From sequence record PP083182.1: 40,500 bases of DNA; one strand, written 5' to 3'. Positions 28,726-36,655 of the stretch are shown one piece after another; the first letter of the stretch is position 1; each line of letters begins with the position of its first letter. Source of the stretch: Escherichia phage P151. Under the pieces are notes generated by a model that was not told the DNA's origin, made no database searches, and was given only the letters and a program-made list of their open reading frames with translations. The position numbers and the translations under genes were made by a program.

Positions 28726-28880
28726 TGGCTAACAATACCACGCAATATGGCCTGACCGCTCAAACTGTACTGTTTTATAGTGACATGGTACGCTGTGGCT
28801 TTGATTGGTTGCTCGCAATGGGACACCTTAAGGAACTGTACGAAAACAACAAGGCAATAGCCTTGGAGTCTGCTGAGTGA
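28725..28880 (+). CDS. gp0.4-like protein (51 aa; T7 gp0.4 inhibits FtsZ)
   Basis: Hand-translated: [51 protein letters not shown], resembling T7 gp0.4; ATG overlaps the ocr stop. Confidence 0.8.
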   Translation: MANNTTQYGLTAQTVLFYSDMVRCGFDWLLAMGHLKELYENNKAIALESAE

Positions 28881-28924
28881 TAGGCTCAAGGTCGCTCCTA
28901 GCGAGTGGCCTTCATGATTACCAC
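28877..28924 (+). promoter_or_regulatory. RNase III-type processing hairpin (R0.5-like)
   Basis: GTGATAGGCTCAAGGTCGCTC-CTAGC-GAGTGGCCTTCATGATTACCAC, near-duplicate of the hairpin at 28281..28328. Confidence 0.65.
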
Positions 28925-28948
28925 TTAACACGCTATAGGACTAATATC

Positions 28949-29149
28949 ATGAGTAAACTTCTGGCAACATCTAAAATCAAAGGCCAACACACTGTAACTC
29001 TGCGTGAGTACGAGCACGGTAAAATGGGGAGCACCTACGTTGTTCGGTACGGTAAACAAGTCACGCATTGGATGAACGAGGTTTTAGCGCAAGAAGAATA
29101 CCAAGCCTGCGTGAAGCACCAAGCAACATGTTCGGGCTGGAATGGCTGA
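28949..29149 (+). CDS. Hypothetical early protein (66 aa), gp0.5-like by position
   Basis: ATG after AGGA RBS immediately downstream of the RNase III hairpin; the ORF-track 28877 start would lie inside the hairpin. Confidence 0.5.
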   Translation: MSKLLATSKIKGQHTVTLREYEHGKMGSTYVVRYGKQVTHWMNEVLAQEEYQACVKHQATCSGWNG

Positions 29150-29182
29150 TAACGCTATTTGCACTCTATGAGGTAACACCAC

Positions 29183-29383
29183 ATGTTATATACACTTGTT
29201 GCACTCGTTTACACTCTAATCGCGCTGTACTTCCTTCGAGACTTCCGCAAGGGTCTCAAGGTACACAAAGCTAACTTCTCGCACCTAAAGTATGGCTTCC
29301 TGCCGCGCTTCACTGTCCGTGAACGCAATGGACGCTTTAAGGCTAACAAGGTGGGAATCTTTTACATCGCAACGCTCAAATAA
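29183..29383 (+). CDS. Hypothetical early membrane protein (66 aa), gp0.6-like by position
   Basis: GAGG RBS; hydrophobic N-terminal segment LYTLVALVYTLIALYFL. Confidence 0.5.
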   Translation: MLYTLVALVYTLIALYFLRDFRKGLKVHKANFSHLKYGFLPRFTVRERNGRFKANKVGIFYIATLK

Positions 29384-29417
29384 CATTAATCTTCTTTCTT
29401 AAATAGGACACAATCTA

Positions 29418-30515
29418 ATGAACTACACCGACATTCAGGCACGTCTGGCAATCATCAAGTCTCTTCCGATTAGCGACTTGGACAAGCGCCAGCCTCTTTT
29501 GGTCGAACTGGCTGCTGACATCGTGAACGGTGAAACATGTGACGGAAACGACACAAACGGGTCGCATTGTCTTGAGTATCACGACTGGTGGAACACCTTG
29601 GGCGCACTGATGCGTGATGCAGGTTTCCACATGTTAGGCAATGGTCACTTCAGTGCGGCCTACTCGCACGAATTGTTACCGGGTCGGGTCATTAAGGTTG
29701 GCTTTAAGAAAGAGGATTCAGGCGCTGCATACACTGCATTCTGTAGGATGCACCAAGGCCGAGCGGGTATCCCTAACGTCTATCACGTAGCACGTCATGC
29801 AGGTTGTTATACGGTCGTACTGGACCACTTAAAAAGCTGTGACGACGATAATGATGACCATGTGGCATACGCTGACCTCGCACGTTACTTTGTGGAGTCG
29901 GATTGCCATGATGCAAGCGACTTTGCACCGGGTGACTACGAGTTCATCGAAACGTGCAAGATGATTCGTGAATTCTTCAAAGGGATTGCATCTTTCGACA
30001 TGCACCGCGGGAACATTATGTTCGACGATAACGATGTTCCGTACATCACTGACCCGGTTAGTTTCTCACATGACCGTGAACGTGAGGACGGTTTGCCTCT
30101 GGACCCTGAAGAACTGCTGGCTGAGGTCGAGGCTGTAGCGCAAGAACGCATGATTGAACGTTGTCGCAACCGCAAGGCCAAGCGTGACCCTAATGGCACC
30201 TACTGGATGAACAAGAAGGCCAACATGAAACGCCGTAAGTGCAACCGTAAGTTACATGCTAAGGTGGCAGAACGTGACCGCTTACACTTTATGGCAATCC
30301 GCAGGGAACGCGGTGTGATTGAGCGCAACGAACGCCGTGCTGATATGCTCATGGGGTCGGCTTGGCATGACTTCTGGTTACGCAATGGTAACTCAACGAT
30401 CCGCAAGATTGACCAAGTGAACGGCCTTAAGTGGCAACTAGGGGACCACCTAGCAATACAAGCGGGTCTCCCTCTGAATATCGACAAGTTACTTGACGCT
30501 CAACTGATGGGCTGA
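29418..30515 (+). CDS. Ser/Thr protein kinase gp0.7 (host transcription shutoff), 365 aa
   Basis: LGNGHFSAAYSH-x-LLP-x-RVIKVGFKKEDSGAAYTAFCRM-x-QGR-x-GIPNVY and GIASFDMH-x-GNIMF...DVPYITDPVSFS match T7 gp0.7. Confidence 0.93.
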   Translation: MNYTDIQARLAIIKSLPISDLDKRQPLLVELAADIVNGETCDGNDTNGSHCLEYHDWWNTLGALMRDAGFHMLGNGHFSAAYSHELLPGRVIKVGFKKEDSGAAYTAFCRMHQGRAGIPNVYHVARHAGCYTVVLDHLKSCDDDNDDHVAYADLARYFVESDCHDASDFAPGDYEFIETCKMIREFFKGIASFDMHRGNIMFDDNDVPYITDPVSFSHDREREDGLPLDPEELLAEVEAVAQERMIERCRNRKAKRDPNGTYWMNKKANMKRRKCNRKLHAKVAERDRLHFMAIRRERGVIERNERRADMLMGSAWHDFWLRNGNSTIRKIDQVNGLKWQLGDHLAIQAGLPLNIDKLLDAQLMG

Positions 30516-30518
30516 TAA

Positions 30519-30566
30519 GGTGTATCTTCAAGGTCGGCACTGACTGCTGGCCTTTATAGATAAACT
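30519..30566 (+). promoter_or_regulatory. RNase III-type processing hairpin (R1-like)
   Basis: CTTCAAGGTCGGCAC-TGAC-TGCTGGCCTTTATAGATAAAC upstream of the RNAP gene. Confidence 0.6.
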
Positions 30567-30588
30567 TTCTTAACAACGTGAGGCAATA

Positions 30589-33285
30589 ATGACTAACGTA
30601 ATCAACGCACCAAAGAACGACTTCTCTGACATCGCTAACGCAATCCAGCCGTACAACATTCTGGCTGACCATTATGGCGCACAGCTTGCAGCTACGCAGC
30701 TTGAGTTGGAACACGAAGCGCACACCGAAGGCGAGAAGCGTTTCCTTAAGGCAATGGAACGTCAAATCAAAGCGGGTGAGTTTGGTGACAACGCAGTAGC
30801 TAAACCGCTCCTGTCATCTCTCGCACCAAAGTTTATCGAGGCGTGGAACACTTGGTTCACTGAAGTGGAGACGAAGCGTGGCAAGCGTCCAGTGGCCTAC
30901 CTAAAGGTGAGGGGGATTGAGCAAGGTGCAGATGGTAAGTATCAGCAAGTGCATCAAGAGGTTGCACCGGAAGCTGCCGCATTCATCACACTGAAAGTCA
31001 CACTGGCTTGTTTGACCAAAGAGGAATACACCAACCTACAATCGGTTGCCACTAAGATTGGTCGTAGCATCGAGGATGAGTTACGTTTCGGACGCATTCG
31101 TGACGAAGAAGCGAAACACTTTAAGAATCACGTACAGGAAGCACTTAACAAGCGCGTAGGCATCGTCTACAAGAAAGCATTCATGCAAGCTGTAGAAGGC
31201 AAGATGCTAGATGCTGGTCAACTGCAAACCAAGTGGACCACATGGACACCTGAAGAATCAATTCACGTTGGTGTGCGCATGTTGGAACTGCTCATCGGGT
31301 CTACTGGTCTCGTTGAGCTACACCGACCGTTTGCTGGTAACGTTGAGAAGGATGGAGAGTACATCCAGTTAACCGAGCAATACGTTGAACTGTTATCTAA
31401 ACGTGCTGGGGCACTGGCTGCAATCGCTCCAATGTACCAACCTTGCGTGGTCCCTCCGAAGCCTTGGACTTCTCCGGTAGGTGGTGGCTATTGGGCTGCT
31501 GGTCGCAAGCCTCTCTCTCTGGTTCGTACTGGTAGCAAGAAGGGCTTAGAGCGTTACAACGATGTGTATATGCCTGAAGTTTACAAGGCGGTGAACATCG
31601 CACAGAATACTCCTTGGAAGATTAACAAGAAGGTTCTGGCAGTGGTCAACGAGATTGTGAACTGGAAGCATTGCCCGGTTGACGATGTACCTGCTCTCGA
31701 ACGTGGTGAACTTCCGGCTAAACCTGAAGACATCGACACGAACGAAGCGTCACTCAAAGCGTGGAAGAAAGCGGCCTCCGCAATCTACCGCAAAGAGAAG
31801 GCACGAGTGTCACGCCGCATGAGCATGGAGTTCATGTTAGGTCAGGCCAATAAGTTCGCACAGTTCAAAGCTATCTGGTTCCCGATGAACATGGACTGGC
31901 GCGGTAGAGTGTACGCAGTCCCAATGTTTAACCCGCAAGGCAACGACATGACTAAAGGTCTGTTAACGCTCGCTAAAGGTAAACCAATCGGTGTTGATGG
32001 ATACTACTGGCTGAAGATTCACGGTGCAAACACTGCTGGTGTGGACAAAGTGGACTTTGCAGAACGCATCAAGTTCATTGAGGACAACCACGAGAACATC
32101 ATGAGCGTTGCGGCTGACCCGATTGCTAACACTTGGTGGGCCGAACAAGACTCTCCGTTCTGCTTCCTCGCGTTCTGCTTCGAGTATGCAGGAGTCCAGC
32201 ACCACGGGATGAACTACAACTGCTCTCTTCCGCTGGCGTTTGATGGTAGCTGCTCCGGTATTCAGCACTTCTCCGCAATGCTTCGTGATGAAATTGGTGG
32301 TCGCGCTGTTAACTTACTGCCGAGCAAGGAAGTCCAAGACATCTACCGCATCGTTGCCGAACGTGTGAACGAGATGCTCCGCGAAGCGGTAATCAACGGC
32401 ACTGATAACGAAGTGGAAACCGTGACAAACAAGGACACTGGTGAAATCACTGAGAAGCTCAAGCTGGGAACGAAAGAGTTAGCTGGTCAGTGGCTGGCCT
32501 ATGGTGTGACTCGCAAGGTAACTAAACGTTCTGTCATGACGTTGGCTTATGGTTCCAAAGAGTATGGCTTCCGTGACCAAGTTCTTGAGGACACCATTCA
32601 GCCAGCTATCGACGATGGCAAGGGATTGATGTTCACTCAACCGAACCAAGCGGCTGGCTATATGGCTAAACTGATTTGGAACGCTGTAACGGTGACTGTG
32701 GTCGCTGCGGTCGAAGCAATGAACTGGCTGAAGTCTGCTGCTAAACTGCTGGCTGCTGAAGTCAAGGACAAGAAGACTAAAGAGGTTCTCCGCAAGCGCT
32801 GCGCGGTACATTGGGTAACACCTGATGGCTTCCCTGTGTGGCAGGAGTATCGCAAGGCAGTACAGACTCGTTTGAACCTGATGTTCTTGGGTCAGATTCG
32901 TTTGCAGCCTACTGTGAATACCAACAAGGATAGCGGAATTGACGCTCGTAAGCAGGAGTCAGGCATCGCACCTAACTTTGTTCACTCAATGGACGGCAGC
33001 CACCTGAGAATGACTGTAGTGCGCTCCAATGAGGTCTACGGTGTGGAATCCTTCGCACTGATTCATGACTCATTTGGTACTATCCCCGCTGACGCTGGCA
33101 ACCTGTTTAAAGCAGTGCGTGAAACGATGGTCAACACTTACGAAGAAAACGATGTACTCGCAGACTTCTATGAGCAATTCGCTGACCAGTTGCACGAGTC
33201 GCAGCTTGACAAGATGCCTGAGATGCCAGCTAAAGGCGCTCTTGACCTGCAAGAAATCCTGAAGTCAGACTTTGCGTTTGCCTAA
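30589..33285 (+). CDS. Single-subunit DNA-dependent RNA polymerase gp1 (T7-type, 898 aa)
   Basis: KNDFSDI, PCVVPPKPWT, YMPEVYKA-x-NIAQNT-x-WKINKKVLAV, MNMDWRGRVYAV, PLAFDGSCSGIQHFSAML, TLAYGSKE-x-GFR, specificity-loop-like NTNKDS...KQESGIAPNFVHS, C-terminal ALIHDSF...FAFA; about 15 aa longer than T7 RNAP. Confidence 0.98.
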   Translation: MTNVINAPKNDFSDIANAIQPYNILADHYGAQLAATQLELEHEAHTEGEKRFLKAMERQIKAGEFGDNAVAKPLLSSLAPKFIEAWNTWFTEVETKRGKRPVAYLKVRGIEQGADGKYQQVHQEVAPEAAAFITLKVTLACLTKEEYTNLQSVATKIGRSIEDELRFGRIRDEEAKHFKNHVQEALNKRVGIVYKKAFMQAVEGKMLDAGQLQTKWTTWTPEESIHVGVRMLELLIGSTGLVELHRPFAGNVEKDGEYIQLTEQYVELLSKRAGALAAIAPMYQPCVVPPKPWTSPVGGGYWAAGRKPLSLVRTGSKKGLERYNDVYMPEVYKAVNIAQNTPWKINKKVLAVVNEIVNWKHCPVDDVPALERGELPAKPEDIDTNEASLKAWKKAASAIYRKEKARVSRRMSMEFMLGQANKFAQFKAIWFPMNMDWRGRVYAVPMFNPQGNDMTKGLLTLAKGKPIGVDGYYWLKIHGANTAGVDKVDFAERIKFIEDNHENIMSVAADPIANTWWAEQDSPFCFLAFCFEYAGVQHHGMNYNCSLPLAFDGSCSGIQHFSAMLRDEIGGRAVNLLPSKEVQDIYRIVAERVNEMLREAVINGTDNEVETVTNKDTGEITEKLKLGTKELAGQWLAYGVTRKVTKRSVMTLAYGSKEYGFRDQVLEDTIQPAIDDGKGLMFTQPNQAAGYMAKLIWNAVTVTVVAAVEAMNWLKSAAKLLAAEVKDKKTKEVLRKRCAVHWVTPDGFPVWQEYRKAVQTRLNLMFLGQIRLQPTVNTNKDSGIDARKQESGIAPNFVHSMDGSHLRMTVVRSNEVYGVESFALIHDSFGTIPADAGNLFKAVRETMVNTYEENDVLADFYEQFADQLHESQLDKMPEMPAKGALDLQEILKSDFAFA

Positions 33286-33292
33286 CGAAATC

Positions 33293-33315
33293 TAATACGA
33301 CTCACTATTGGGAGC
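33293..33315 (+). promoter_or_regulatory. Phage RNAP promoter phi1.1A (TAATACGACTCACTATTGGGAGC)
   Basis: Consensus promoter directly after the RNAP gene, followed by an AT-rich tract with ACTTTAAG repeats. Confidence 0.85.
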
Positions 33316-33375
33316 CTACGGGCTTCCTAAACTTTAAGATAACTTTAAGTTCTAACTCTAAGAGGAAACACAATC

Positions 33376-33648
33376 ATGTTTACTTTCATCACTTCATTGG
33401 CTGCTATCATCTCAACCGTACTTGCTGCAACCTACTACAACCGCTCAAGGGTATTCCTCGTTGAGTTAATCAAAGAGGAAAAGAAATCTCATGAACTCAA
33501 AGAGAGACTAGAAGATGTTCTGCGTGAGAAGCAAGAACTGGCTGGTCGTATACCGATGTTAGAGTGGGAACTCAGAGACGCAAGGGCATTTGAGAGTGAG
33601 CGCACTAAGGCACTCAAAGAGAGAGAGACTAGTAGTTGCTTGGCGTGA
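33376..33648 (+). CDS. Hypothetical coiled-coil protein (90 aa) between gene 1 and gene 1.1; no T7 counterpart (gene 1.05-like position)
   Basis: AGAGGA RBS; N-terminal hydrophobic segment then charged heptad-like KEEKKSHELKERLEDVLREKQELAGR; flanked by phage promoters. Confidence 0.55.
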   Translation: MFTFITSLAAIISTVLAATYYNRSRVFLVELIKEEKKSHELKERLEDVLREKQELAGRIPMLEWELRDARAFESERTKALKERETSSCLA

Positions 33649-33696
33649 GAACCGAGAACTAGCGGGTCGCATTGAGATTGCACGTAAGGTTGCAGA

Positions 33697-33719
33697 CAAT
33701 ACGACTCACTAGTGGGGGA
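33697..33719 (+). promoter_or_regulatory. Phage RNAP promoter phi1.1B (CAATACGACTCACTAGTGGGGGA)
   Basis: 20/23 consensus match. Confidence 0.7.
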
Positions 33720-33730
33720 AACACTGAAAG

Positions 33731-33850
33731 TTAAACTCAAGGTCATTAAACAAGCCGTGACGAATAGCTGTCAAACCAGCGAGTAATCCGTAGTAACATC
33801 ACACCGTCGAACCGGAAAGGATGCTTGATTAGTGGCCTTCATGATTAACT
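33731..33850 (+). promoter_or_regulatory. Extended RNase III-type region (R1.1-like): motif half-sites about 100 nt apart
   Basis: Left half TTAAACTCAAGGTCAT at 33731 and right half AGTGGCCTTCATGATTAAC at 33831 bracket about 85 nt of extra sequence. Confidence 0.45.
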
Positions 33851-33883
33851 GTCAACACATTAACTGCATAAGGAAACAACATT

Positions 33884-34036
33884 ATGCGTACCAACTTTGA
33901 ACCAACCACTAAGCGCAACAACGTAATCAACAATGAACATGGTGCTGAATGGCAGGAACGTAAAGACCGCATGAAGAAACGCCACAAAACAAAGCGTGGC
34001 AACTCTGAGAAACGCAACTGGAAGGAGGCACTCTAA
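33884..34036 (+). CDS. gp1.1-like basic protein (50 aa)
   Basis: Hand-translated: MRTNFEPTTKRNNVINNEHGAEWQERKDRMKKRHKTKRGNSEKRNWKEAL; basic, Lys/Arg-rich like T7 gp1.1; stop overlaps the gene 1.2 ATG. Confidence 0.7.
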   Translation: MRTNFEPTTKRNNVINNEHGAEWQERKDRMKKRHKTKRGNSEKRNWKEAL

Positions 34037-34293
34037 TGGGACGCTTATACAGTGGGAATCTTAGCGCATTCAAGGCCGCTGCCGGTCGAATCTTTAAGCT
34101 GGACTTAGTGGTCACATGTGATGAATGGTATGAAGCACATGTTCGTCTTGAGTGTATCAGGCTGCGCATAGAGGACCGGGGGGGTCGCCTTATCGACTCT
34201 ACTATTTGTAGTCATCATGACGAAGACGTTCTCTATAGCACTTGTACCAATTGGCTGAACCGTATGTATGACCAGTTGAAAGACTGGAAGTAA
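34036..34293 (+). CDS. gp1.2, inhibitor of host dGTP triphosphohydrolase (85 aa)
   Basis: Same length as T7 gp1.2; MGRLYSGNL-x-AFKAA, CIRLRIEDR, HHDEDVL and C-terminal MYDQLKDWK conserved. Confidence 0.9.
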   Translation: MGRLYSGNLSAFKAAAGRIFKLDLVVTCDEWYEAHVRLECIRLRIEDRGGRLIDSTICSHHDEDVLYSTCTNWLNRMYDQLKDWK

Positions 34294-34313
34294 TATGACT
34301 CACTATTGCGAGA
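34291..34313 (+). promoter_or_regulatory. Phage RNAP promoter phi1.3 (TAATATGACTCACTATTGCGAGA)
   Basis: Overlaps the gene 1.2 stop codon. Confidence 0.75.
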
Positions 34314-34314
34314 G

Positions 34315-34356
34315 GTAAACTCAAGGTCATCCGAAAGGTTGACCTTTGTGATTAAC
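34315..34356 (+). promoter_or_regulatory. RNase III-type processing hairpin (R1.3-like)
   Basis: AAACTCAAGGTCATCC-GAAA-GGTTGACCTTTGTGATTAAC upstream of the ligase gene. Confidence 0.65.
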
Positions 34357-34401
34357 TTTTGCTTAAACATTAACCAATAACACATACATAGGAGTTCCAT
34401 C

Positions 34402-35439
34402 ATGGAAATCACATTCAAGACTAACCCACACAAAGCTGTATCATTCGTTGAGTCTTCCGTTAATAAAGCCCTCGACAAAGCTGGATACCTGATTGCTGAC
34501 ATTAAATATGATGGCGTTCGTGGTAACATTGTAGTTGACAATACGGCTGACTCTGCGTGGCTCTCTCGTGTCTCTAAGGAGATTCCTGCTCTGTCACATC
34601 TCAACGGATACGACAGACGCTGGGAGATGCTCCTGAAGGATGACCGCTGTATCTTCCCTGATGGCTTCATGCTTGATGGTGAACTGATGGTAAAAGGCGT
34701 GGACTTTAACACAGGGTCTGGCTTACTGAGGACCAAGTGGCTCAAGGAGACAAACTATGTTTACTCCACCAGCGAGTGGTTCCATGATGAATGGAAGAAG
34801 AACAAACAGCAGTTTGAGTTAGCAGAAGACCGACTCAAGGTTGTTCTCTATGGTGTCATGCCGTTTGACTCTATGGTCTCCGGTGAGACCTACGAAGTGA
34901 TGAACCTACTGATGCGTGAGCACGTTAAGGCTATGCTCCCTGTTCTGCGAGAGCACTTCCCTGAAATCGAATGGGACATCTCTGAGAGCTATGAAGTCTA
35001 CGATATGGTAGAACTGAATGCCCTCTATGAGAAAGCCCGTGCCGATGGTCATGAAGGTCTGGTAGTTAAAGACCCGCTGGGATTCTATATGCGCGGTAAG
35101 AAGTCCGGCTACTGGAAGATGAAGCCTGAGTGTGAAGCTGATGGTGTCATCATTGGACTCAATTGGGGTACTCCGGGTCTGGCTAATGAAGGTAAAGTGA
35201 TTGGCTTCGAGGTTCTCTTGGAGTCCGGTCGTGTAGTCTCTGCCAACAACATTAGCCAAGCGTTGATGGATGAGTTTACTGCTGCCGTCAAACATGCTGA
35301 GTCTGTGGGTATGGGTATGCCGTACACTGGCTTCGCCTGTCAGGTTGCCTACATGGAGGAAACTCCTGATGGTTCTCTGCGTCACCCATCGTTCGTTATG
35401 TTCCGTGGTGTCGAGTCAGACCCAACGGTCAAGATGTAA
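34402..35439 (+). CDS. ATP-dependent DNA ligase gp1.3 (345 aa)
   Basis: IKYDGVRGNI (adenylation motif I, KxDG), FMLDGELMV, HEGLVVKDP, GKKSGYWKMKPE, EETPDGSLRHPSFVMFRG match T7 ligase. Confidence 0.96.
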   Translation: MEITFKTNPHKAVSFVESSVNKALDKAGYLIADIKYDGVRGNIVVDNTADSAWLSRVSKEIPALSHLNGYDRRWEMLLKDDRCIFPDGFMLDGELMVKGVDFNTGSGLLRTKWLKETNYVYSTSEWFHDEWKKNKQQFELAEDRLKVVLYGVMPFDSMVSGETYEVMNLLMREHVKAMLPVLREHFPEIEWDISESYEVYDMVELNALYEKARADGHEGLVVKDPLGFYMRGKKSGYWKMKPECEADGVIIGLNWGTPGLANEGKVIGFEVLLESGRVVSANNISQALMDEFTAAVKHAESVGMGMPYTGFACQVAYMEETPDGSLRHPSFVMFRGVESDPTVKM

Positions 35440-35452
35440 ATTAAAACTCAAC

Positions 35453-35480
35453 GGTCAGTCCTTAATGGGCTGGCCTTTTT
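35453..35480 (+). terminator. Early terminator TE-like (host RNAP terminator after the ligase gene)
   Basis: GGTCAGTCC-TTAAT-GGGCTGGCC stem-loop (two G-U pairs) followed by TTTTT; same location as T7 TE. Confidence 0.75.
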
Positions 35481-35486
35481 GCGTTT

Positions 35487-35509
35487 CTATACGACTCACT
35501 ATGGGAGGA
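35487..35509 (+). promoter_or_regulatory. Phage RNAP promoter (phi1.5-like), CTATACGACTCACTATGGGAGGA
   Basis: Core ACGACTCACTAT present; differs at -17, -16 and -1. Confidence 0.6.
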
Positions 35510-35517
35510 ACAACCTC

Positions 35518-35598
35518 ATGCTATTTCTAATCGTCGCTATCATTGCTGCCACCTTTGCTCTCGTTATCATTGATGACAACTGCTGGCCTGATTGTTAA
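35518..35598 (+). CDS. Small hydrophobic ORF (26 aa), gp1.4/1.5-like by position
   Basis: MLFLIVAIIAATFALVIIDDNCWPDC; GGGAGGA RBS; between two phage promoters. Short, so speculative. Confidence 0.35.
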   Translation: MLFLIVAIIAATFALVIIDDNCWPDC

Positions 35599-35617
35599 TA
35601 CGACTCACCTATGGAGG
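35596..35617 (+). promoter_or_regulatory. Phage RNAP promoter (phi1.6-like), TAATACGACTCACCTATGGAGG
   Basis: Consensus upstream half; one-base insertion before the initiating region. Confidence 0.55.
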
Positions 35618-35625
35618 ACACAACT

Positions 35626-35889
35626 ATGTTAAGACTTCACTTCAACAAATCTAATGGCATCTTCTCTGCTCGTGGCTCTGACCGTTCTACGGTTCTGGCC
35701 TCTGAGAAACATGCAGTCATCCCTAAAGTGCTTGGCTCGACCATTGAGTTAGCACCTCGTGTTCACGCTGTGATTACGACTGGCTTATATAAAGAAGCGA
35801 CCACTGGCTCCCGGCCTTTCATTCCGGTTCTCGTCACCCGTTTCCCTAAAGTCCGTCTGGTCATTGCGCGTATCAAGGAGGTGTTCTAA
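35626..35889 (+). CDS. gp1.6-like protein (87 aa)
   Basis: ATG after GGAGGA RBS; position as T7 gene 1.6. Confidence 0.6.
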   Translation: MLRLHFNKSNGIFSARGSDRSTVLASEKHAVIPKVLGSTIELAPRVHAVITTGLYKEATTGSRPFIPVLVTRFPKVRLVIARIKEVF

Positions 35890-36218
35890 TGGCACACTAC
35901 TGCGTAGACTGTCAGAACGACCACACCGAGTGTACCTGTCATGAGAACGTGCGCCAGGTTCCACCTAGCAAACCACAAGATATAGATGGTGTTCGGACTC
36001 CTAGCCACTATATGTTGTTTGATGACATTGAGGCTATCGAAGTGATTGCCCGGTCGATGACCCGTGAACAGTTCAAAGGGTACTGCTACGGGAACATCCT
36101 TAAGTATCGCCTACGTGCTGGTAAGAAATCTGAACTGGCATTCTTAGAGAAGGACATGGCGAAAGCTGGGTTCTATGGTGAACTGTATGAGAAACATAAG
36201 GACAAGTGCTATGCTTAA
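35889..36218 (+). CDS. gp1.7-like protein (109 aa), shorter than the 196-aa T7 nucleotide kinase
   Basis: Position after 1.6; Cys-rich N-terminus (CVDCQNDHTECTCH) and REQFKGYCYGNILKYRLRAGKK block. Confidence 0.55.
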   Translation: MAHYCVDCQNDHTECTCHENVRQVPPSKPQDIDGVRTPSHYMLFDDIEAIEVIARSMTREQFKGYCYGNILKYRLRAGKKSELAFLEKDMAKAGFYGELYEKHKDKCYA

Positions 36219-36298
36219 TGATGTGCTGTGCTTCGGATTAATCTGTGCTGGAGTAGGTGGATTACTCCGCTTAATGTATTGGGCTATAGAGGTGGAAT

Positions 36299-36397
36299 AT
36301 GGAAAAACCAAGTGAATGGTGTGAGCGTATGTTCGAAAAGACGGGCAACGCTGACTACCTCGAAATGTACAACCTGTGGAAAGGGAGAGAACAATGA
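36299..36397 (+). CDS. gp1.8-like small protein (32 aa)
   Basis: [32 protein letters not shown]; stop overlaps the gene 2 ATG. Confidence 0.45.
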   Translation: MEKPSEWCERMFEKTGNADYLEMYNLWKGREQ

Positions 36398-36585
36398 GTA
36401 ATTTAAACAAAGGGTCACTGGTTAATAGTGATAAGAAGTTCTTCGCAACGGTAGAAGGCCAAGGCCAATCGTTCGAAGTCCCTGTGTTCGCTGTGTCTCT
36501 TGAAGAGGCCAACGAGTTAGCTGAGTGGCAGTATGTACCTGCTGGCTTCTCAGTGACACGCATCCGTCCAGACCGAAAGGTTTAA
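36394..36585 (+). CDS. gp2, inhibitor of host RNA polymerase (63 aa)
   Basis: MSN-x-N-x-GSL, KKF-x-ATVE, SFEVP and [11 protein letters not shown]-x-VTR-x-RP match T7 gp2. Confidence 0.92.
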   Translation: MSNLNKGSLVNSDKKFFATVEGQGQSFEVPVFAVSLEEANELAEWQYVPAGFSVTRIRPDRKV

Positions 36586-36605
36586 TAGGACTCACTATTG
36601 GGAGA
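36583..36605 (+). promoter_or_regulatory. Phage RNAP promoter phi2.5 (TAATAGGACTCACTATTGGGAGA)
   Basis: Overlaps the gene 2 stop; followed by GGGAGA..TTTCCC hairpin. Confidence 0.8.
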
Positions 36606-36655
36606 CACATCGTTTCCCGCTTTTAACTTTAAGAAACCTCAAAAGGAGAAACATC

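Noticed and set aside
29068-29274. 68-aa ORF overlapping the two small early genes
   Set aside because: Out of frame with and overlapping the RBS-supported ORFs at 28949 and 29183; no RBS of its own.
33376-33648. This ORF as gene 1.1
   Set aside because: The gp1.1-like basic protein is encoded further downstream at 33884..34036, immediately before gene 1.2; the 33376 ORF is an additional gene.
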